64,000 nucleotides of DNA, taken from Octopus bimaculoides. Its lineage: Eukaryota. The stretch lies in contig NC_068982.1 of assembly GCF_001194135.2 (NCBI RefSeq), positions 67,035,202-67,099,201 of the forward strand, read 5' to 3'. Positions 63,822-64,000 of the stretch are shown here, piece after piece. Made by a program: the position numbers and the translations under genes. Every line of letters starts with the position of its first letter. The stretch's first letter is position 1. Under the pieces are notes generated by a model that saw nothing but the letters and a program-made list of their open reading frames with translations, was not told the DNA's origin and searched no databases.

Positions 63822-64000
63822 TGTAAAAGGCATCCATGCTGGTGACACGTAAAAAGCACCCACTACACTCTTGGAGTGTTTGGCGTTAGGAAGGACATCC
63901 AGCCGTAGAGGCCAGGCCAAACAAGCCTGGGGACTGGTACAGCTCTCTGGCTTACCAGTTCCTGTCAAACTGTCTAACCCATGTCAGCATGGAAAATGGA
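63822..64000 (+). mobile_element. family B SINE, cut by the window end
   Basis: GGTGACACGTAAAAAGCACCCACTACACTC...TGGCGTTAGGAAGGACATCC...CAGCATGGAAAATGGA. Confidence 0.85.

Overview
AT-rich, repeat-dense animal genomic DNA with ten N-gaps; no intact long protein-coding ORF. The SINE, RTE and mariner complement and the (CA)n/(TA)n/(CAT)n load resemble an Octopus genome (inference from recalled repeat families, no database search). Most ORFs in the supplied track are microsatellite, gap or antisense-to-TE artefacts. Supported content: decayed CR1- and RTE-type LINEs, a truncated Gypsy element and two further LTR relics, four Tc1/mariner relics (two with DD37D spacing), at least four tRNA-derived or LINE-tailed SINE families in many copies, MITEs, minisatellites, and a few isolated candidate host exons. 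The main result is a set of Penelope-like terminal repeats carrying minimal hammerhead ribozyme motifs. One (50333-50383, minus strand) has a G3-C8 swapped catalytic core. Another (54722-54767) lies in a fold-back element with a tRNA-like head, whose second hammerhead copy is split by an LTR insertion. Most SINE and LINE boundaries are approximate.
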